From a virus, in the IMG/VR virus record IMGVR_UViG_3300027899_000008: DNA of 64,000 bases. One strand, written 5' to 3'. The notes beneath the pieces were generated by a model. The model did no database searches and was not told the origin of the DNA. It saw nothing but the letters and a program-made list of their open reading frames with translations. How positions within the stretch are numbered: position 1 is the stretch's first letter; each line of letters opens with the position of its first letter. The position numbers and the translations under genes were made by a program. Shown in pieces: positions 58,496 through 64,000 of this stretch.

Positions 58496-59854
58496 TTATG
58501 GAATCCCTGCGTTGTCTAGTCTTGATTCTAGGTCTGCTATCTTTGTTATCAAGTCATAGGTTGGAAGAGTGATGGTATCTGCGGTTATCGTATCTGCGGT
58601 TATGTTCTGAGGAACAACTACGCTAATACCTCTATTCTTTACCTTCATGAATATCTTAGAAAATATTCCAATTATTTCTGGAGTATTGTCAGCAAATGGG
58701 TCATACCTAGTAGTAGCACTGAAAGGACCAAGTGATCCACCAGATTCACCATCCCATCGGAACCATGGCATTAAATAACCAACAAATTGAATTGCTGTAT
58801 CAGTTGCGTTTATTTCTATGGTAGGTCCTGAACTATCTGGTGTGCTTCCATTATTTACTATTAATGGTGATGTTCTCTTTGCTAATAGGTTACCCAGTAA
58901 TCCAGTTTTAAGTTCAGCATTCCATACTGCTGGTCTTTCAATATACAAATACCTAGTTGCTGAATCCCAATATCTTATTATTCCATACCAAGTTTGTTGT
59001 GCTGGAGCAGGCGAATAACTCGGATGAGATAATTGTTGAATAGATCTGTCGATATACGAATCATCAACTTGATAATCTGTATCAACTTTTACTCTTTCAA
59101 TCCATCCTGAATTGAACATTGGAAATACTTTTTGAGTCATTTCTGGAAAATCTATGCTTCTGAATACTTGAAAGTCAGCATCATCATCAATTCTAATATG
59201 TTCGAATTTCCAATCAACTGGTGTCGATGCTTCCAAATCATAATACTTTGTATTTCTAAAAGTTGTAACTTCTGAATCGTAATCAGATTCTACATCTACC
59301 CCTTCAAATACAAATTGTAGACTTCCCACCCGAGCAAGCATATTTATTGTGTCTAATGTTGCTTGAACATCTCCACCCATCTTATATCCAGAATAATTCA
59401 CAACACTTCCACTATAGGTTCCGTGTGGAGCTCGTTGATATATTGGTTTGATGACATGATTAATATCTGATGGAACTAAATTCTGAAGAGCACCAGCGGT
59501 CGTTCCACTTAGAAAGTAAATATCATTTCCACCTGACGCTCCTGTTGGATCCAGTGGTAGATTGACTAAATTTGTATCGCTGATATTAATTGAACCATTC
59601 ATTACAACATTTAGTTTATTCAATACTATATTATGAGATTCAATTATACCAAATACCTCTGCGTGCGCTGGAGTATCTGCTTTTGATCCAGTATAACCAG
59701 ATGTAGGAACATCATAACGAATAACTTGACCAGTGGTTAATCCAGCAACATATGGTATAGAAATCAAAAGTCTAGACCCACCAGAACCTTGTGTTACGTT
59801 CAGTGAATTTATTGTTGATGTTATATTTGAACTATTGCTGCTACAACTTGGCAT
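58496..59854 (-). CDS. Putative virion decoration/fibre protein
   Basis: G...G.VIR.....A.A.....AE..G.. G.I ... YFL..T.AG ... KP domain; C-terminal coiled coil; SD AGAGG. Confidence 0.6.
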   Translation of the reverse strand: MPSCSSNSSNITSTINSLNVTQGSGGSRLLISIPYVAGLTTGQVIRYDVPTSGYTGSKADTPAHAEVFGIIESHNIVLNKLNVVMNGSINISDTNLVNLPLDPTGASGGNDIYFLSGTTAGALQNLVPSDINHVIKPIYQRAPHGTYSGSVVNYSGYKMGGDVQATLDTINMLARVGSLQFVFEGVDVESDYDSEVTTFRNTKYYDLEASTPVDWKFEHIRIDDDADFQVFRSIDFPEMTQKVFPMFNSGWIERVKVDTDYQVDDSYIDRSIQQLSHPSYSPAPAQQTWYGIIRYWDSATRYLYIERPAVWNAELKTGLLGNLLAKRTSPLIVNNGSTPDSSGPTIEINATDTAIQFVGYLMPWFRWDGESGGSLGPFSATTRYDPFADNTPEIIGIFSKIFMKVKNRGISVVVPQNITADTITADTITLPTYDLITKIADLESRLDNAGIP

Positions 59855-59866
59855 AGACTACCTCTT

Positions 59867-62128
59867 TTATAGTGGATATGTTGAATCTGCGATTATATGA
59901 TAACTTATATTGTCAAACGGAACCACACCATTTACTAGATTTACTCTGAAACTTGTAGTATCAGCAGTAGATGAAATTGTCGTTGAGTTCAATGCTGCTG
60001 TTCTAGTCTTGCGGTCATATCCAATAGTTCCAGAAGTCTGCCGCATATCGACATTCGCAGTCATGTTATAGGCATCATTTAGTGCTCCAGTTGATGGAGA
60101 ATATAGACTGATTGTTGGAGTTGTTCTCATCTTAGTTGGAAACTTTTCAATTGCGAATGACGCATTTGGAATAGATTGAAGTATGTATGAGTTAAGTGCT
60201 ATTTCACCATTCGCAGCGAGTGTGGATGTTCCAGATACCTGTGAATCTGTATATGATGTAAAATAAAATCTCTTTGCTTTGAGTTGCTTGTCTACTATAG
60301 ATTCAAATAGGTGCTTGGGATTTGAATATGTTCCCTTATATACACACATAGACGCAAAACTTACAAATACATTTGTTCCTGTCGCAACACTATTAGTGTT
60401 TGCTGTTTTAGTTAATGGTCGTAAATCAAAACCAATTTCAACAAAATCATTTGAATATGATCCAGCACTCAATGCTGGCATAGTGTAACTGACCGCATAC
60501 TTATCCCAAGTTGTAGTTGGAGAAATATTATCAATTATTGCTTTGCTTACCAATGTTGTTCCATTATATCTGGCAACATATACATCTATGTTGTAGTTAT
60601 TGTGTGAACATTTAGCATAGAAGCTAACGGTAATGTCAGAGTTATTGAAACTTTCAATTCCTGGAATAACATGACCAAGAGAGTAATAATCATTTGAATT
60701 ATATGATATTCCAGGAGTCACAAGACATTTAGCATTGATATAATATTCTGGAGAACCCTCTACTAGTATTTGTGTTTTATCAAAGGATTGTCGTTCAATA
60801 TATTGTGACACATTGGAAGTCTTGGATGTTCTACGAATCCATTGGTCAGCGAAATACATCTTACTCGTATTGGTGGTATATTGAGTATCTCTGCCAGTGT
60901 CTCTCTGCCATACACTGAAATCACCATTGAATGTTTCGTTGGTGATAGCACCGAGAGATTCTGAAGATTTTGGAAGAAAATTTGATGCTGTTGTGCTAGT
61001 TATACTTCGTATTTGTGGTCGTATATCAACAACGAATGAAGTGTTATTGTAATTAAAACCAACATACAATCTTTCAGAATCATTTTCAGCAATGTTATTT
61101 GACGACAGATATAACTGGTCCGGTAGTTCTTGTGTGCTTTGCAGATACCACCAACCAACATCTCCTCCAGCTGAAGATACACTACTAGGTAATATTTCAG
61201 TAGCACCTTTTGTCACAATCTGATAGATTTTATCAGTTCCATATGTTGCGGAAGTTTCAATCATTCCAACTACAAAATCCTCTTCATATGGAAGTGGTGA
61301 AGGAGCACTAGTTGATGTTGAGAGACTTGGAAACCATCCGTCATAGGCAGTTCTTCCCGTTGCTACAAGATAATCATTGAAACTAACACCTTTAGTGCCT
61401 ACATTTGGTAAATATGAAACAAATGTACCAAGTTCAAATCCATTACTTGCGGATGCAGTGGGAAGTATCACATACAATCTATTATTACCAGATAATCCAA
61501 TGGTAGATGACCCATTTAGATAATTTCCTCTATATTGAAGAATAATACCAGCATCCGCACTCAATCCCATTATCATTGGTTTTGAAACCTGACCAACGGT
61601 GACTGGTTCTGTTGTTGTAATTTTTCCAGCAGTGGTCGGATCCAGAAAGTAAATACATCCTGGAGATAAGGTAGCACCAGATGTTGTTGTAAAATCGCCA
61701 GTGATTTTACCTAAAATAGTTACAACAGAATAATTAGAATTCATGGAAGATATAACGCCAATGGATTCTGCGTTGTCTGGATCATTTGCCTTTGCCAATG
61801 TAAATCCAAAATCATTCGACCGAATTACAGACCCAAATGTATATCCAGAAGTTCCTAGAGTAATACCAGTTATCTTGAATGAAATATTTGGCATTACCGC
61901 TTCACCTGCGAACGATACATTTCCTGTAAAGGTCAATCCAGAGGATATAGCACCAAGTGTGCTTCCAAGAAGAGCAGTTAAGACATTAGATGATACATTT
62001 AATCGTATATCATTACCACTGGTTGCTCCGTAGATATTCATTTGATTCAATTGGTCAATGATATCATCGTTGGTCTTTAGATACCAATCGTAAAATGTTG
62101 ATGTTCCTGTAAGTGGTGAAATTGCCAT
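59867..62128 (-). CDS. Putative virion fibre protein with carbohydrate-binding-like C-terminal module
   Basis: TF..W...TN..I..LN N-terminus, same domain as 58496..59854, NGDFSVWQR ... ADQW ... FP.KMR..PT module; SD AGGAG. Confidence 0.62.
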   Translation of the reverse strand: MAISPLTGTSTFYDWYLKTNDDIIDQLNQMNIYGATSGNDIRLNVSSNVLTALLGSTLGAISSGLTFTGNVSFAGEAVMPNISFKITGITLGTSGYTFGSVIRSNDFGFTLAKANDPDNAESIGVISSMNSNYSVVTILGKITGDFTTTSGATLSPGCIYFLDPTTAGKITTTEPVTVGQVSKPMIMGLSADAGIILQYRGNYLNGSSTIGLSGNNRLYVILPTASASNGFELGTFVSYLPNVGTKGVSFNDYLVATGRTAYDGWFPSLSTSTSAPSPLPYEEDFVVGMIETSATYGTDKIYQIVTKGATEILPSSVSSAGGDVGWWYLQSTQELPDQLYLSSNNIAENDSERLYVGFNYNNTSFVVDIRPQIRSITSTTASNFLPKSSESLGAITNETFNGDFSVWQRDTGRDTQYTTNTSKMYFADQWIRRTSKTSNVSQYIERQSFDKTQILVEGSPEYYINAKCLVTPGISYNSNDYYSLGHVIPGIESFNNSDITVSFYAKCSHNNYNIDVYVARYNGTTLVSKAIIDNISPTTTWDKYAVSYTMPALSAGSYSNDFVEIGFDLRPLTKTANTNSVATGTNVFVSFASMCVYKGTYSNPKHLFESIVDKQLKAKRFYFTSYTDSQVSGTSTLAANGEIALNSYILQSIPNASFAIEKFPTKMRTTPTISLYSPSTGALNDAYNMTANVDMRQTSGTIGYDRKTRTAALNSTTISSTADTTSFRVNLVNGVVPFDNISYHIIADSTYPL

Positions 62129-62148
62129 TTTGAATCAAAACTCCTGAG

Positions 62149-62886
62149 TTATACTATTTTAATTAAATAATTATTTGGAAATCTAATAGTTCTTGTTGCT
62201 ATATCTACTACAAATATCTGAGCAAATTCATCATATTCAATAGTAGAACCTGTTGAAATATTATATGACTCAACAAGGACTCCTAGATTTATCTTAAATC
62301 GCGAAGCACCACATGTGAATTCCTGATAAGATGATTGAGAAGCATCTCGCAAGGTGGGGTCTTGACCAGTACATGATTCATCCGTCTGACAACAATCAGC
62401 ATATTCTGTTGTCACATTGATACCAAAATATGCGGTGTTATTTGAGATTACATTTGTTGGACCGAATGTGGTTGGATTCCATATCCAAAAACTCATCTTA
62501 CTAAGGCTATCTGTGTATAGATACCATCCTTGAGATAATGTATATGTAAATTCTACAATAGGAGCATTAATTGCACTAGTAAGAGTAACACTAACATAAT
62601 CTGGACTTAGTGGAATCAATCCTTGCCAGAAGGGTGCGGTAAATGCTGTTGTTTGTCCACTATTGATGCGAATCCAATTGGCATTCATTCGTTGTGTTAA
62701 GTTTTGATTAACAAAGAACAATTCCTGAATTTCATTCAGTTCTGCTGCTTGTAGAGCGTATCCAGGATTAAATGCGAGCATGGAGTAATTCTTACCAGCT
62801 TCAGCATGAGTTGATACCCTGCTATGATATGGTGTTTTATTTAGTGGAAAACTATTAGATGCTGTATTCAGTGGTAACAATGCCAT
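62149..62886 (-). CDS. DUF4815/VrlC-like N-terminal domain protein (short)
   Basis: LN..PY........NY....F.PG.ALQA.ELNE.Q motif; follows gp8. Confidence 0.6.
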   Translation of the reverse strand: MALLPLNTASNSFPLNKTPYHSRVSTHAEAGKNYSMLAFNPGYALQAAELNEIQELFFVNQNLTQRMNANWIRINSGQTTAFTAPFWQGLIPLSPDYVSVTLTSAINAPIVEFTYTLSQGWYLYTDSLSKMSFWIWNPTTFGPTNVISNNTAYFGINVTTEYADCCQTDESCTGQDPTLRDASQSSYQEFTCGASRFKINLGVLVESYNISTGSTIEYDEFAQIFVVDIATRTIRFPNNYLIKIV

Positions 62887-62889
62887 AAT

Positions 62890-64000
62890 TTACATTCCTT
62901 TAACCATATTTATACGAATGATTGCGGTATCTACATCCTGTATATCAATTGTTGTGGTTTTATTTGCTGATAATACTTTACCTGTATATTGAACTAGATT
63001 TGGAGCACTAACCGATGTTATCGTATAATCAACACCATCTACAGACAAATTTCCACCAATCAATTGAGTCGATTCGGAATATTCAAGATGCTTGAGTTCC
63101 AATTTTGCTTCCGTAAGAGGAGCAAAAAACGCGACATCAGTAACATCAGTAGATGTGGCAATTTCTATTCCTGTTACAATTGTTCCAACTGGTTTTGTGA
63201 TTGTAGTTATGCCATTCTTGGAAGGTGGTTGCTTTCCGTCCAACGCAACCAATACCTTTGTTGTCGTGCGATACAAAGTTGATTGATATTTACTTTCAGT
63301 AGTTCCAGCGATATATTCAAAGTTAGAGTTATTTCCATATTTTGGATTTTGAATCAAACTATAAAAATTAATAGCAGTTGGAATTGATACATCTGAGTTG
63401 AAAAGAGTTTGCTTGTCTACTTTAACATCAATCATGGTATGCTGAACATTTAACACCTTCATTGGGTCAAATCCAAGACCATCTATTTCATCCAAATTAA
63501 CTTGTATATTGGAGATAATGTCATTTGCTGTTCTAGTTCCTAACAGATTGGCAGATGTCAGAGAAAGAGAGATATCCTTATATCCCTGTCCACCTGATAT
63601 GATTTGTATTCCACTCACATAATGATTATTATCATTACCCAGATAAGTCCTCAAGATGATGGAAGCATCCGTTCCTGTGTTGCTGGTAATAGTCAATTCT
63701 GGATTTTCGCTGCTTATCTTACGATCAACAAGGTCAAAGGAAGACAAATCTATACTAGCAGATACAATATATCCTTCGTTTGGAGAAGTCTTATTTGCTT
63801 GATACAGGTAAAAATAAGGAGAGGATGTTGAAATCTTATTAGCATTTACTAAATCTGCTATGGCATCATACGCATCCTGTATCTCTATCTCCGAATCAGA
63901 TTCATTGGAGTTGAATCGTGAGACATATGTGGGATGGTCTTTGAATATATTATAGCATTCTGTACAAGTTAGAGTTGTAAATATTGTATTCAACGACCCC
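62890..64000 (-). CDS. 8: Baseplate wedge gp8, C-terminal part (starts outside window)
   Basis: I...G.GY, G.G.DP...L ... LI.NP ... P....YTG motifs of gp8 in T4-like phages; frame is open to the window edge. Confidence 0.65.
   Translation of the reverse strand, partial: GSLNTIFTTLTCTECYNIFKDHPTYVSRFNSNESDSEIEIQDAYDAIADLVNANKISTSSPYFYLYQANKTSPNEGYIVSASIDLSSFDLVDRKISSENPELTITSNTGTDASIILRTYLGNDNNHYVSGIQIISGGQGYKDISLSLTSANLLGTRTANDIISNIQVNLDEIDGLGFDPMKVLNVQHTMIDVKVDKQTLFNSDVSIPTAINFYSLIQNPKYGNNSNFEYIAGTTESKYQSTLYRTTTKVLVALDGKQPPSKNGITTITKPVGTIVTGIEIATSTDVTDVAFFAPLTEAKLELKHLEYSESTQLIGGNLSVDGVDYTITSVSAPNLVQYTGKVLSANKTTTIDIQDVDTAIIRINMVKGM

Noticed and set aside
1-64000. tRNA, rRNA or alternative genetic code
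   Set aside because: Intergenic gaps are short with no cloverleaf recognised; core genes are full length under the standard code.

Overview
This 64 kb window is a fragment of a large, AT-rich T4-like myophage genome, with the gene order of marine/freshwater T4-like phages. Essentially all genes lie on the minus strand. In the direction of transcription (64000->1) it contains: (1) the baseplate gp8 C-terminus, a DUF4815-like stub, two putative decoration/fibre proteins and four very Cys-rich fibre-like proteins, three ending in a DUF1566/Lcl lectin-like domain; (2) the neck, tail and head core gp13-gp23 plus gp3; (3) uvsY, uvsW, gp55, gp47, a SET-domain gene, gp46, gp45, gp44, gp62 and regA; (4) a ~15 kb sugar-modification island with about ten glycosyltransferase-like genes, four methyltransferases and an apparent nucleotide-heptose pathway; (5) collagen-like, lectin and fibre genes. 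The standout observation is a 374-aa intein in the large terminase. Its homing endonuclease (HNH + NUMOD3) is not in the intein frame. It is overprinted in the +1 frame, while the terminase/intein frame stays open across it by visible stop-codon avoidance. It sits at the position where, to my recollection, atypically split TerL inteins are broken. Other points of note are back-to-back perfect sigma70 promoters near gp55 (one purely antisense), a late-promoter/RBS-sequestering hairpin before gp13, an 85-bp duplication marking a methyltransferase insertion, and G-x-T motif enrichment in virion proteins next to the glycosylation island. No tRNA, rRNA or CRISPR array was recognised. Family assignments come from motif recognition only; no searches were run.
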